A DNA stretch of 64,000 nucleotides from NCBI GenBank assembly GCA_963662335.2, contig CAXXVD010000001.1, forward strand, positions 32,001 through 96,000, in the 5' to 3' direction. The stretch comes from Chloroflexota bacterium (GTDB lineage: Bacteria; Chloroflexota; UBA11872; VXOZ01). The position numbers and the translations under genes were made by a program. Below are positions 8,586-21,176 of the stretch, in pieces; the first letter of the stretch is position 1; the number at the start of each line of letters is the position of its first letter. The notes under the pieces were generated by a model, which saw only the letters and a program-made list of their open reading frames with translations, did no database searches and was not told the DNA's origin.

Positions 8586-10208
8586 ATGTTCCACGAAGCG
8601 CTGCTTTCCATCGGGTTGCTTATCATCGTTGCCAAGCTCTCCGAAGGTGTCTTCCGACGCTTTCGGCTGAGTTCCATCGTAGCCTTTACCCTTACCGGCA
8701 TACTGTTGGGGCCCGCAACCGGCATCGTCGAGCCCACCAGCGAACTGGCAGTGCTCTTGGGAGTCGGCGTCTTCCTCTTCTTCTTCCTCATCGGCCTGGA
8801 CGAGATCGACATTTCCGGCTTCATCGCCACGCTCCGCGGCCGCTTCTTCATTGCGGCCATTGTATCGGTTGTTACGTCCTTGCTCTTCTCCCTCGCGGTC
8901 ACTTCCACGCTCTTCTTCGATCTTGGCCTGGGATTCACCTTCACCGAGGCGCTGACCCTCTCCGGGATTCTGGCGCTGTCCAGCCTCGGCCTCGTCGGCA
9001 AGGTACTGTCCGATGAAGACCATCTTCGCAAGCCGATCGGCATGCAAATCTTCATCACCGTGCTCATCGCCGAGTTGTTGGCCCTCTTGCTGGTGGGATT
9101 CACCATCGGCGAGCACGTGTCGGACTTCAGTCTTTTGGATGGGCTTATCTTGCTGGCCAAGATCATCGGCTTCGTCACGGTAACGTGGATCCTCTCCCGC
9201 CGGGTGGTTCCCCCGTTGCTCTTGCTGCTGCAGCGTTCGCTGCGGGTGTCCCAACTTTCCTTTGGATTGCTCATTGGCGGGGTGTTTCTCATGGTAGAGG
9301 CCGCTGAGTTGATGGGGCTGCACGGTACGTTGGGCGCGTTGCTCTTTGGCGCTGCCCTGTCCGGATTGCCGTATCAACTACGCCGGGACATCCTGCCCGG
9401 CGTGCGCAGCACTGCCGAGGGGTTGTTCGTGCCCCTCTTCTTCGCCTCTGCCGGGTTGCACCTGAGCCTCTCCTTCCTCGAATTGCCGCTCTTGACCGTC
9501 GCGGCGCTGATAGTTGTGCCGGTCTTTGGCAAGTTCGCCGGCGCATTCCTCGGCGCCTTTGCCGCCAGGTTGGAAACGCCGTTTGCGTTCGCCACCGGTC
9601 TGATGGCCAAGGGCGTGGCCGAAATCGCCCTCCTCTTGGTGCTGTACGAGACCGGCATGCTCGGCGAAGACATCTTCTCGTTGTTCGTGTTTCTCATGAT
9701 CATTTCCATTGTGATAACGCCGCCGGCGATCAACTTCGCCATCAACCGATCCAAGCCGTCGGAAGGGGTGTCGTTGCCCGAACCGTTGCCAGCTTCCCTG
9801 GCTCGTTTCGTGCTCGATGACATAACCGTCGGTGACATCCTCGACCGCGCGCGCACCTATCCCGATCCTGGGCTCTCGGTGCGGAGTTTCGTCGATCAGT
9901 GGATTCTCCCCCACCAGCACGACTACGTGATCGTGGACAAGGGAGACCTTGCGGGCATTGTGTCCTTGAGCATGCTGCGCTACCTCCCCAAGGAGTCATG
10001 GTCGGATACGCCCTTGGCGAACGTGGTGCGCCGCAAAACTCCGCAGGCCTGGCCCGACGAGCCGGTGGAAGACGTGCTCCAACGCATGTTGGAGAACTCG
10101 CTGACCATACTGCCGGTCCTGGATCGGGAGTCCGATGAGTTCCTGGGAGCGTTAACCAGCCAGGATGTGCTGGAACTCATCACCCTGGAGGCCCGGGGCG
10201 AGCACTGA
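8586..10208 (+). CDS. Cation:proton antiporter (CPA2/Kef-like) with C-terminal CBS pair
   Basis: About 12 TM helices, GILLGP, FVPLFF, GLMAKGVAE; CBS-like C-terminus; extended -10 TGCTATATT at 8537-8545. Confidence 0.85.
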   Translation: MFHEALLSIGLLIIVAKLSEGVFRRFRLSSIVAFTLTGILLGPATGIVEPTSELAVLLGVGVFLFFFLIGLDEIDISGFIATLRGRFFIAAIVSVVTSLLFSLAVTSTLFFDLGLGFTFTEALTLSGILALSSLGLVGKVLSDEDHLRKPIGMQIFITVLIAELLALLLVGFTIGEHVSDFSLLDGLILLAKIIGFVTVTWILSRRVVPPLLLLLQRSLRVSQLSFGLLIGGVFLMVEAAELMGLHGTLGALLFGAALSGLPYQLRRDILPGVRSTAEGLFVPLFFASAGLHLSLSFLELPLLTVAALIVVPVFGKFAGAFLGAFAARLETPFAFATGLMAKGVAEIALLLVLYETGMLGEDIFSLFVFLMIISIVITPPAINFAINRSKPSEGVSLPEPLPASLARFVLDDITVGDILDRARTYPDPGLSVRSFVDQWILPHQHDYVIVDKGDLAGIVSLSMLRYLPKESWSDTPLANVVRRKTPQAWPDEPVEDVLQRMLENSLTILPVLDRESDEFLGALTSQDVLELITLEARGEH

Positions 10209-10326
10209 CGGCCCGGAGTGTAACGTTAGCGAATCCGGCGGAAGGATCTCACCCGCGTGGAATCTGCTACCATGGGGCGAGACGTGAAAGCAAATCTAGC
10301 GTAAACCGATAGGAAACAGGTAGTCC

Positions 10327-11505
10327 ATGAGCGTCGCCGCTGAATCCCAAGTCCAAGAAGCCGCGGAGTTGCTGTCCGCGCTCGTCCGCATTCCCAGCAT
10401 GAATCCGGCTTTCATGGCCGACGGCTCCGGCGGTGAGCGCGGAGTTGCCGACTTCGTGGAGTCCCAGTTGCGGGAACTCGGCTTGGAGACGGCGCAACAT
10501 GAGGTGCTGCCCGGCCGGCCGAATGTCTTTGGCCGCCTGCGCGTGCCCAATTCACGGGGCCTCCTGCTCTTCGAGTGCCACATGGATACGGTGGGCATCG
10601 ACACCTGGGGGCCGGAGGCCCTCGAACCTCGTTTGGAGGGAACCACGCTCCACGGGCGCGGCTCCTGCGACGCCAAGGGCTGCCTGGCGGGTATGCTCTT
10701 GGCGGTGCGCGAACTGGCGCAAGAGCGCGAGCAACTTGCCGTAGACATCGGCGTGCTGGGCGTGGTGGATGAGGAGTACCGCTTCCGGGGCATCCAGGGC
10801 TTCATCGAACAGGGAATCGACGTTACGGCCGCCGTGATCGGCGAGCCGACCGAACTGGGCCTGGTCACCGCCACCAAGGGCGCGGTGCGCTTTACCCTGC
10901 AAACCAAGGGCCGCCCGGCCCACAGCAGCCAGCCCCACAAGGGCAACAACGCCATCTACCAGATGGTCGAGGTCATTCAACACCTGCGGGAGACGCTGGA
11001 CCCGCGCTTTGCGGTGCGCTTGCACTCGCTGGTGGGCTATCCCACGTGGGCGATCGGCATCATCCACGGCGGCCACGCCGCCAACGTCATCCCTGAGACC
11101 TGCCAGATTGTGGTGGATCGACGCATCATCCCGGGCGAGACCTCAGAGGGAGCAATCGAGGAGTTTGAGGAAGCCATCCGGGAACTGGCCGCGGACAAGC
11201 CCGATCTGCATCCCAGCGTTGCGTCACGAGACCTGGCCGACTGGCCGCTGGACACGGCGGCGGATGAGGAAGTCGTGCAGGCCGCCATGCGCGCGCTCCA
11301 GGCCCACGACCGCCCGCCGGAACCCCAGGGCGTTACCTACGGCACCGACGCCAGCAAACTGCAAGTGAAGGCCGGCGTGCCCTGCATCGTCTTCGGCCCC
11401 GGCGACATCGGCTACGCCCACACCGACCACGAACGCATCGAACTCAGCGAGGTAGCCGAAAGCGCCGCAATCTACGCCCAAATCGCCCGCGAGTTCAGGC
11501 CCTAA
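10327..11505 (+). CDS. M20/ArgE/DapE family metallo-deacylase
   Basis: HMDTV, GRGSCDAKG, DEE, IGEPT, GPG...AH motifs. Confidence 0.88.
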   Translation: MSVAAESQVQEAAELLSALVRIPSMNPAFMADGSGGERGVADFVESQLRELGLETAQHEVLPGRPNVFGRLRVPNSRGLLLFECHMDTVGIDTWGPEALEPRLEGTTLHGRGSCDAKGCLAGMLLAVRELAQEREQLAVDIGVLGVVDEEYRFRGIQGFIEQGIDVTAAVIGEPTELGLVTATKGAVRFTLQTKGRPAHSSQPHKGNNAIYQMVEVIQHLRETLDPRFAVRLHSLVGYPTWAIGIIHGGHAANVIPETCQIVVDRRIIPGETSEGAIEEFEEAIRELAADKPDLHPSVASRDLADWPLDTAADEEVVQAAMRALQAHDRPPEPQGVTYGTDASKLQVKAGVPCIVFGPGDIGYAHTDHERIELSEVAESAAIYAQIAREFRP

Positions 11506-11521
11506 GCCTGGTGGGCCACGC

Positions 11522-12301
11522 CTACGTTTCAAGTTGCGGCGGCGGCAGAAGCTGCTCGACGTGCGTCATGGCGGCGTCCACGTGGCGCTTGCCGTCGTGC
11601 AGGCTGAAGCTCACGTGGCCGGGGAAGAATTGCGTGAACTCAAGCGCCGCGAACCGCCGCACGGTGGCGATGGATTCTTCCAGGGAGCAATCCCAGATGT
11701 TCTGCAGCAGGATGCGGCCGCCAAAGAAGAGCGCGTCACCGCTGAAGAGGGCGCGGGTTGCGCTGCCTTCGCGATGAGCGCCGCCTTCGCCTCCCGCACA
11801 GCCGTCAACCAGATACGCCAGGTGGCCCCGGCTATGCCCGTCGGCCTTTACCGCGGTCACCGTGAGCGCGCCCACGCGCATGACGGCGCCGTCCGCCGCT
11901 CCGGTTGCGGACGCCACCGGCCGCAAGCGGTTTTCCAGCGGATACATGCCGGTCTGCCGCGCGGCCACCAGGCTCGCGGCCTCTTCATCGCCGCTTTCCA
12001 GCCAGCCGGCCACGTCATGCGAAGCGATGATCTCAGCGCCACAAAGCTGTTGTAACTCCGCCGCGCCGCCGGCGTGGTCCAGGTGCAGATGGGTAATGAA
12101 GATATTCGCGATGTTGCCTGGCGAGAAACCGGCCTTCTCGATCTCCGCCACGATTGCCGGCACATCCCGGCCCACGCCGGTATCGATCAGGGCCAGTTCC
12201 GTACCGCCGTCCAGCAGGTAGACGTGGCAATCCAGCGGGTGCGTGAGGCTAAAGCCGTTCTGCCCGCTGCCAACCAGATGCACGGTATCCGTGAGTTGCA
12301 T
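11522..12301 (-). CDS. MBL-fold metallo-hydrolase
   Basis: LIDTG, THLHLDHAGG, GHSRGH, SGDAL, PGH; start at ATG 12301 after GAGGAG. Confidence 0.88.
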   Translation of the reverse strand: MQLTDTVHLVGSGQNGFSLTHPLDCHVYLLDGGTELALIDTGVGRDVPAIVAEIEKAGFSPGNIANIFITHLHLDHAGGAAELQQLCGAEIIASHDVAGWLESGDEEAASLVAARQTGMYPLENRLRPVASATGAADGAVMRVGALTVTAVKADGHSRGHLAYLVDGCAGGEGGAHREGSATRALFSGDALFFGGRILLQNIWDCSLEESIATVRRFAALEFTQFFPGHVSFSLHDGKRHVDAAMTHVEQLLPPPQLET

Positions 12302-12324
12302 GAGGTCACTCCTCGCGGCAGCGG

Positions 12325-12834
12325 CTAGCGGCGGATGAGGCGGAAGAGCACGTAGCAGAGGCCGATCACTAGGCCGCAAATGGCCGCGCCGCGCGTGTCG
12401 AGCAGGGTATTGACGTTGCCGTTCACCCGGCCGCCGACCACCACCACGCTCGCCACCTGCTCGGCCTCGATCTGGCCGCCGACGATCCACTGCGAGACCG
12501 AGTAGTTGGTGTCCACGCTGCCGCCGAGCACCAACCACGTGGCGCCTTCGGTCACGCTGACTTCATGGCCGGCGGCGACACCCGTCAACCCCTGTTGCAG
12601 CGAGGCGGCCTCGGCCTGCACGACCCCGGTGGCCGTGTTCTGCATGTCGATGTCATCCGCCACCACGTGCCGCACGAGGCTGTTGGTGATCTGGAAGCGC
12701 TCATCCACGCCCGGCGCGCCGCCGGCCGCTTCCCGCGCGCCGTCTTCAAGCGCTTCCCGCACGTCGTCGTCCGCAACGTCATTGCCTGCCGCCGTCCGCT
12801 CCGGTTGCACCTCTGAAGACCCCATCATCGGCAC
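12325..12834 (-). CDS. Hypothetical membrane-anchored protein
   Basis: Gene-like ORF between larC and the MBL gene; acidic N-terminus, beta-rich middle, C-terminal TM helix with RR tail; extended -10 TGCTATCAT near 12902-12910. Confidence 0.6.
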   Translation of the reverse strand: MPMMGSSEVQPERTAAGNDVADDDVREALEDGAREAAGGAPGVDERFQITNSLVRHVVADDIDMQNTATGVVQAEAASLQQGLTGVAAGHEVSVTEGATWLVLGGSVDTNYSVSQWIVGGQIEAEQVASVVVVGGRVNGNVNTLLDTRGAAICGLVIGLCYVLFRLIRR

Positions 12835-12935
12835 CTCTTCTTCTCGGTAGTTGCACTTGCCGCCGCGCTCGCCCTATCCTTGCGCCCGCCGCGTACACTC
12901 TATGATAGCAGCCCGCACAAGGCAGTGGCAGCCCG

Positions 12936-14099
12936 CTATTCGGCGGCGCGGGCGCAGTCCATCACCCGCTTCACCGGCACGCCGGCCGCTTGCGCTACCC
13001 GCAGGCAGTCCTCGTACTCCGGGCTGCGGTTCACCACCGCGCCGCGCCAGAGCGCCGCCTTGCGCCGCACCGTTCCCCAGGGCGTCTCCACGCGCTCCGT
13101 GCGCCGCTCCAGCTTGACGCGCTCCACGCGGTGAAGCCGCACGCCAATGGTCGTGGTCTCGCGAAAGATCACGTCCAGCAGCGGCGTGTGGTCCGCGGCT
13201 TCGGTCAACACGCTAAGCACGTGCCCCGGCCGGCCCTTCTTCATTTGCACCGGGGTCACGGTCACGTCCAGCGCGCCGGCCGCGAAGAGTTGCGCGGACA
13301 CGTGGCCGTACATCTGCGGGTTCATATCGTCGATGGTCGTTTCGATCACCGTTGCCATACCCGGCGCGCCCGCGTCGGAATCCTCGCCAATGATGAGGCG
13401 CAGGACGTTCGGAATGGCGGTGTCGCGCGCGCCCGCGCCGTAGCCGATGCGTTCCACGCGCATGGGCGGGATCGGACCGAATGCCGCCGCCAGTTCGCTC
13501 AGCAAGAGCGCGCCGGTCGGCGTGAGCGTCTCCCCCATGTCCGCCGTGGCGTAGACCGGCTTGTCCCGCATCAAGTCCAGCGTCGCCGGACCCGGAATCG
13601 GCCACCAGCCGTGGCGCGTCTGGATGGGTGAACCACCGCCGACGTTTACGGGCGAGCAGACGACGCGCTGGATGCCGAGCGCCTTGAGGCCCGCGACCGC
13701 GCCGACCACGTCCAAGATAGAATCGACCGCTCCGACTTCATGGAAGTGCACCGCTTCCGGCGCGACGCCGTGCATGCGCCCCTCCACTTCCGCCAAGCGC
13801 GTGAAGAGCCGGGCGCTCGTTGCCGCCACGTCCGCGTCCAGGCTGCTTGCCTCCAGCAGGCGCAGGATGTCGTGGAGATTTCTTTCAACGGTGTGTTCGT
13901 CCGCGTCGATCTCGATATGCACCTGGCGGGCGCGGAGCAGACCCTTCCGCACCTCTTCCTGCCGCACGGCATAGCCGCCGAGCGGTAGCTTGGCAAAGAT
14001 GGCCTGGAGCGCCTCGAACGGCCAGCCCCCGTCCACCAGCGCGCCCAGCAGCATGTCGCCGGCAGCGCCGGCGAAGCAGTCGAAGTAGGCGATTTTCAT
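12936..14099 (-). CDS. larC: Nickel-pincer cofactor nickel insertion protein LarC
   Basis: MKIAYFDCFAGAAGDMLLGALVD, VHFHEVGAVDSI, TPTGA, ETTIDD, MKKGRPG, PEYEDC. Confidence 0.93.
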   Translation of the reverse strand: MKIAYFDCFAGAAGDMLLGALVDGGWPFEALQAIFAKLPLGGYAVRQEEVRKGLLRARQVHIEIDADEHTVERNLHDILRLLEASSLDADVAATSARLFTRLAEVEGRMHGVAPEAVHFHEVGAVDSILDVVGAVAGLKALGIQRVVCSPVNVGGGSPIQTRHGWWPIPGPATLDLMRDKPVYATADMGETLTPTGALLLSELAAAFGPIPPMRVERIGYGAGARDTAIPNVLRLIIGEDSDAGAPGMATVIETTIDDMNPQMYGHVSAQLFAAGALDVTVTPVQMKKGRPGHVLSVLTEAADHTPLLDVIFRETTTIGVRLHRVERVKLERRTERVETPWGTVRRKAALWRGAVVNRSPEYEDCLRVAQAAGVPVKRVMDCARAAE

Positions 14100-14107
14100 T
14101 GCCGCTC

Positions 14108-14890
14108 CTACGCGCCGCCGTTTGCGGCCTGGCGGCAGATCAAGCCGGCCATGTAGCCGGCGCCAAAGCCATTGTCGATGTTCACCACGGCCAAGCCGGG
14201 CGCGCAGCTATTCAGCATGGTGAGGAGCGGCGCCACGCCGCCGAGCGACGCGCCGTAACCGACGCTGGTGGGTACGGCGATCACCGGACACTCGACGAGA
14301 CCGGCCAGCACGCTCGGCAAGGCGCCCTCCATGCCGGCCACAGCCACCACGGCGCGCGCCTGCTGCACCGTTTCGAGATTCAGCAGGAGCCGGTGCAGGC
14401 CCGCCACGCCCACGTCCGTAAGGCGGTCCACGCGGCACCCCATGAGTTCCGCCGTTAGGCTGGCCTCGGCGGCCACCGGCAGGTCGGCGGTGCCCGCCGC
14501 AACGACGGCGACCCGACTCTGGGCAGGGGATTCCGCGACGCGGCGCTCTTCGCCTTTGACGCGCACCACGATGGCGCGCGCGTCTTCATGGTACGCCGCC
14601 GCCGGAATTCGTGCCCGCACCGCCGCGTAGAGTTCCGGTGTGGCGCGGGTGGCGAGGACGGTCTGCTCCTGCGCCAACAACTCCTCGGCAATGCGCACCA
14701 CGTGCGCCGGCTCCTTGCCGGGACAGTAGATGACCTCCGGAAAGCCGACGCGCAATTGGCGTTGGGCGTCGACCTTGGCGAAGCCCAGGTCCTCGTACGG
14801 CGCGAGCCGGATGCGGCGCACGACGTGCTCTACGTCTACGGCGCCGCGTTGCAGGTCATCCAGCAGCGTGCGCAATGTGTTCGTATCCAT
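14108..14890 (-). CDS. larB: Nickel-pincer cofactor biosynthesis protein LarB
   Basis: FAKVD, GFPEVIY, AGTADLPVA, DVGVAGLHRL, AGMEGAL, PTSVGYG, NIDNGFGA. Confidence 0.93.
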   Translation of the reverse strand: MDTNTLRTLLDDLQRGAVDVEHVVRRIRLAPYEDLGFAKVDAQRQLRVGFPEVIYCPGKEPAHVVRIAEELLAQEQTVLATRATPELYAAVRARIPAAAYHEDARAIVVRVKGEERRVAESPAQSRVAVVAAGTADLPVAAEASLTAELMGCRVDRLTDVGVAGLHRLLLNLETVQQARAVVAVAGMEGALPSVLAGLVECPVIAVPTSVGYGASLGGVAPLLTMLNSCAPGLAVVNIDNGFGAGYMAGLICRQAANGGA

Positions 14891-14961
14891 AGGCGAAGGC
14901 CAAGAACTCCGATAGCGGCAGAAGGCTATTTCACGGCAGTGAGCGGCAGCGCGCGCGCTTC

Positions 14962-17138
<2,177 letters not shown>

Positions 17139-17224
17139 TCGGCTCGTTCCTCTTTGTCGCGTTCTCTACTCAAGTCTATTTGGGTCCCGCCAACCGGCAA
17201 AACCATGCAGGTTGCAAACCCGCG

Positions 17225-17851
17225 CTACCGGATTAGCGCCAGCGCCTCGTTACGCGCCTCGATGATCTGCTCATAGGCGGGGAGCCGGGCGCGCATTGCA
17301 CTCACAACCTCTGGGTCCTTGATGAAGTTCAGACTCGAGCGAATGGTAGCCGCGCTCCCTTGCAGCGCCGCTTCCGCCAGGAGCACCGCCATGATAGCAT
17401 CCGCCACGAGATTGGCGTTGCCGTGCCGGGCGAGCCACACGGCGTGGCCGCATATGTCAGCGCACTGGTCGCAAATCTCGAATAGCACCTCGGTAGCGTC
17501 CACCGAGGCCGTCTGAATCTGCGCCGAGCGCGCGACGCGCTCCGCCGCCGTGGCACGGGGCATAGCGAATCCCGCGCCCACCGCGCCATAGGCGTCGATG
17601 TCGCGTTGCACCAGCGCCTCCAGGGCCTTGCGGGACTCGTCGAGTTGCCCCAGGCGCTCCTCAACTTCCGCGGCGACGGCCGCGTACTTCTTGCTGCCGC
17701 GCGTGAAGTTGGCGACCATCGCTCCCAAGGCGGCGGCCAGCGCGCCCACCAGCGCCGCCGCGCTGCCGCCGCCGGGCGTCGGCTCGCCAGCGGCCAGGGC
17801 TCCCACGTACGCCTGGATGCTTTGCTCCGTGATCAACGCGCCCTTACCCAT
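17225..17851 (-). CDS. fchA: Cyclodeaminase/cyclohydrolase family protein (methenyl-THF cyclohydrolase FchA-like)
   Basis: PTPGGGSAAA, MVANFT, RDIDAY, GNANLVAD; located between purN and folD. Confidence 0.8.
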   Translation of the reverse strand: MGKGALITEQSIQAYVGALAAGEPTPGGGSAAALVGALAAALGAMVANFTRGSKKYAAVAAEVEERLGQLDESRKALEALVQRDIDAYGAVGAGFAMPRATAAERVARSAQIQTASVDATEVLFEICDQCADICGHAVWLARHGNANLVADAIMAVLLAEAALQGSAATIRSSLNFIKDPEVVSAMRARLPAYEQIIEARNEALALIR

Positions 17852-17866
17852 TCCGGCTGTCTCCGC

Positions 17867-18526
17867 CTATGCCTCGCTCCACCACAACGAGGGTATCACA
17901 CCCGCGACGTGCACCCGGTTCCGCTCCACGCGCACCCGCTCCTCGGCAAACCACTGCACGACCCGGGGCAAGAGGCGGTGCTCCTGCGCCAAGATGCGCC
18001 CGGCCAGTGATGCCACGGTGTCGTCCGCGAGCACCGGCACGGCGGCCTGCGCGATGATCGGGCCGGCGTCCACCTCGTCCGTCGCCAGGTGCACCGTGCA
18101 CCCGGCAATCTTCACCCCGGCTGCCAGGGCGTCCTGCTGCGGCTTGGGGTTGATCCCGCCGGCAAATGCCGGCAGCAGGGAGGGATGAATGTTGATGATG
18201 CGCTGCGGATAGGCACGCACCCAGTCCGCGGAAAGAATGCGGTCGAAGCCGGCCAGCACGATCAGTTCCGCGCCGTGCTGCTGGACGATGGCCAACATCG
18301 CCTGCTGCTGGGCCTGGCGCGATGCAAAGTCCCGCCTGACCGCTATATGCGTCGCAACGCGGGCCGCGCGCGCCCTTTCAATGCCCGGCGCGTCCGCGTG
18401 GTTGCTAATGACGGCGACGATTTCCGCATCCAGGCGATCCGCCCGAATCGCGTCGATGAGCGCCTGCAAGTTGCTGCCGCGTCCGGAAATCAGCACGGCC
18501 ACGCGCAAGGCGTTTTCTCTGGCCAC
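17867..18526 (-). CDS. purN: Phosphoribosylglycinamide formyltransferase
   Basis: ISGRGSNLQA, LAGF, NIHPSLLPAF, GCTVH, DAGPII; GTG start after AGGAAGG. Confidence 0.95.
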   Translation of the reverse strand: MARENALRVAVLISGRGSNLQALIDAIRADRLDAEIVAVISNHADAPGIERARAARVATHIAVRRDFASRQAQQQAMLAIVQQHGAELIVLAGFDRILSADWVRAYPQRIINIHPSLLPAFAGGINPKPQQDALAAGVKIAGCTVHLATDEVDAGPIIAQAAVPVLADDTVASLAGRILAQEHRLLPRVVQWFAEERVRVERNRVHVAGVIPSLWWSEA

Positions 18527-18558
18527 GTCGGTGAATTGCCTTCCTATAGACGCGCACG

Positions 18559-19590
18559 TCACCGCTCTATGACGACGCGCGGCTCGCCGTCGCACTCCTC
18601 AATCACCCCGATGCGGCAAAGCGCCGGTTCCAGATTCAGGGCGCGTGCCGCATCTTCTTCACCGCAGATTATCACGAAGCCGACGCCCATGTTGAAGACG
18701 CGGCACATCTCAGTGAACTCCACGCGCCCGCGCTCCTGAATGAGGTGGAAGAGCGGCGGCACAGGCCACGCCCCCCATTTTAGGCGCGCTTGCGTTCCCG
18801 GCGGCAGGACCCGGGGGATGTTGTCCACCAGGCCGCCGCCCGTAATATGCGCCATGCCCTTTACGTCAATTCGCGCCAGCAGGCGTTGCACCGGCTGCAA
18901 GTAACTGGGATGCACGGCCAGCAGGGCGTCGGCGAGGGTTGTACCCAGGGACGGCGCTGCGGTTTCAAGCGAATCCTCCGCAAAGACGCGGCGCGCCAGC
19001 GAATAACCGTTCGTCTGCAAGCCGTTGCTGGGCAGGGCCAACACCGCGTCTCCCGGCGCGATACGTTCTCCGCTCACGATCCGCGCCCGCTCCACCACGC
19101 CCACGATCGTGCCGGCAAGGTCGAAGTCAGCGCCCGCGTAGAGGTCGGGCATCTCCGCCAGTTCACCGCCCAGCAGCGCGCAGCCGGCCGCCGTGCATGC
19201 CGCCGCCGCGCCCGCGACGACGTCCCGCATCGCTTCCGGCTCAAGCCGGCCCACACCGACGTAATCCAGGAAGAAGAGCGGCCGCGCGCCCAGGGTGAGA
19301 ATGTCGTTGACGCAGTGGTTGACGAGGTCTTGGCCGATCGTATCGAAACGCCGCAACTGCGTCGCGAGCTTTACTTTAGTTCCCACGCCGTCGGCGCTGG
19401 CCACCAGCACCGGCTCCTTATAGTGCGCGGGAAAGCGAAAGAGACCGCCAAAGCTGCCGATTCCGGTGAGCACCTCGGGCCCGTGGGTTGCCTCCACGTG
19501 CGGGGTGAAGAGGCGCACCGCCTCGGCGCCGGCGTCGATGTCTACACCGGCTTGGCGATACGTCGCGGGCGGGGACTGTGCTCTAGCCAT
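18559..19590 (-). CDS. purM: Phosphoribosylformylglycinamidine cyclo-ligase (AIR synthase)
   Basis: TYRQAGVDI, DGVGTK, GARPLFFLDY, HITGGG, FNMGVG. Confidence 0.96.
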   Translation of the reverse strand: MARAQSPPATYRQAGVDIDAGAEAVRLFTPHVEATHGPEVLTGIGSFGGLFRFPAHYKEPVLVASADGVGTKVKLATQLRRFDTIGQDLVNHCVNDILTLGARPLFFLDYVGVGRLEPEAMRDVVAGAAAACTAAGCALLGGELAEMPDLYAGADFDLAGTIVGVVERARIVSGERIAPGDAVLALPSNGLQTNGYSLARRVFAEDSLETAAPSLGTTLADALLAVHPSYLQPVQRLLARIDVKGMAHITGGGLVDNIPRVLPPGTQARLKWGAWPVPPLFHLIQERGRVEFTEMCRVFNMGVGFVIICGEEDAARALNLEPALCRIGVIEECDGEPRVVIER

Positions 19591-19686
19591 AGGCCTGATA
19601 CCGCCGCTCACCGCACGCCGCGCCCGCGCGCCGCGCCAGGTCCACGGCCGCGCCTGGCTTATCTCCCACGCCGTTCGCAGCCGCGG

Positions 19687-21141
19687 TCACGAGACCGGCG
19701 CTCGCAGTTGCTCCAGCGACAGCTTGTCGAACTCCATCTGCACCGGCACCGGGTAGTCGCCGTTGAAACACGCCAGGCAGAACCGCTCGTAGGGGAGGCC
19801 GGCCGCCTCGACGATGCCCTCGATGCTCAAGTACCCCAGGCTGTCCGCCTGAATGGCGGCCCCGACGGCCGTTTCGGCTTCCTCCCGCGACTTGAACGCG
19901 GACGCGATGATTTCGCCGCGCGTCGGCATGTCAACACCCAAGAAGCACGGGTGGCGAATCGGCGGCGCGGCAATGCGCACGTGCACCTCCGCCGCGCCCG
20001 CCTGGCGCAGCATCTTGACGATTGGCAGCGTATTCGTGCCGCGCACGATCGAATCGTCCACCACCACCACGCGCTGACCCTCCAGCACCTCCGGCATCGG
20101 GTTGTACTTCAACAACACGCCCTGGCGCCGCTGCCGGTCGCTCGGCTGGATGAACGTGCGGTGGATGTAACGATTGCGCACCAGGCCGTCGCGGAGCGGT
20201 AGCTCGCTCTGTTCGGCATACCCCTGCGCCGCGGCAATCGCGCACTCAGGCACGCCCATCACCAGATCGGCGCCCGGGGTTGGCCGCTCGCGCGCAAGTT
20301 GGCGTCCCATCGCGCGCCGCGCGTGGTAGATTAGCGTATCTTCGATGTACGAGTCCGGCCGCGCCAGGTACATGAACTCGAACATGCACACGGCGCGCTT
20401 CTTAACCGGTTGTATGCGATACGAGCACAGACCCTCCGCGTTAATGGCAACCAGTTCGCCCGGCTCTACCTCGCGCACGAACTCCGCGCCCACGGTGTTC
20501 AAAGCGCAACTCTCGGAAGCCACCGCCCACGTCCCATTGAGCGAACCCAGGCAGAGCGGCCGGTTTCCCAGCGGGTCGCGCGCCGCGAGCAACTGGTCCG
20601 CCGTCGCCATCACAAGCGTGTACGAACCCACCAGCCGCGGGAGCGTATGCTGTAGCTTCTCAGGCCACGTGCCGCCCGGCGCAAGCGCGATGAGCCACGC
20701 GGCAATCTCGCTGTCGGTTGAGGACTTGGGGCGCACCCCTAACTCTTCCAGGTCGTCCAACAACTGATCGGCGTTGACGAGATTGCCATTGTGCGCCAGG
20801 GCCAGGGGGCCGAGCGGGCCTTCGACGAATATGGGCTGGGAATTGTCCTCTCTACTCGACCCTTTCGTGGAGTAGCGCGTATGCCCAACCGCCAGAATGC
20901 CCTGAAGGTCTTCCAGGATCTCTTCGGAAAAGACGTGGGAGACCAGGCCCATCTTGCGGTAGACGTGCAGGTTGCGGCCATCGGCGCTGGCAATGCCGGC
21001 GCTCTCTTGCCCGCGGTGTTGGAGCGCGTGCAGGCCGAAGTAGGTGAGTTTCGCTACGTCCAAATCGCGGCCGTAGATGCCAAAGACGCCGCACGCCTCA
21101 CGCGGAGAATCTGAATCGGCTAGAGCCGGTGTGGGATCCAT
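19687..21141 (-). CDS. purF: Amidophosphoribosyltransferase
   Basis: REACGVFG, QHRGQESAG, GHTRYST, HNGNL, VDDSIVRGT, CLACF. Confidence 0.97.
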   Translation of the reverse strand: MDPTPALADSDSPREACGVFGIYGRDLDVAKLTYFGLHALQHRGQESAGIASADGRNLHVYRKMGLVSHVFSEEILEDLQGILAVGHTRYSTKGSSREDNSQPIFVEGPLGPLALAHNGNLVNADQLLDDLEELGVRPKSSTDSEIAAWLIALAPGGTWPEKLQHTLPRLVGSYTLVMATADQLLAARDPLGNRPLCLGSLNGTWAVASESCALNTVGAEFVREVEPGELVAINAEGLCSYRIQPVKKRAVCMFEFMYLARPDSYIEDTLIYHARRAMGRQLARERPTPGADLVMGVPECAIAAAQGYAEQSELPLRDGLVRNRYIHRTFIQPSDRQRRQGVLLKYNPMPEVLEGQRVVVVDDSIVRGTNTLPIVKMLRQAGAAEVHVRIAAPPIRHPCFLGVDMPTRGEIIASAFKSREEAETAVGAAIQADSLGYLSIEGIVEAAGLPYERFCLACFNGDYPVPVQMEFDKLSLEQLRAPVS

Positions 21142-21176
21142 TTCTTGCGCCGCCGCCCCTCTCTGCCGTCTTTACC

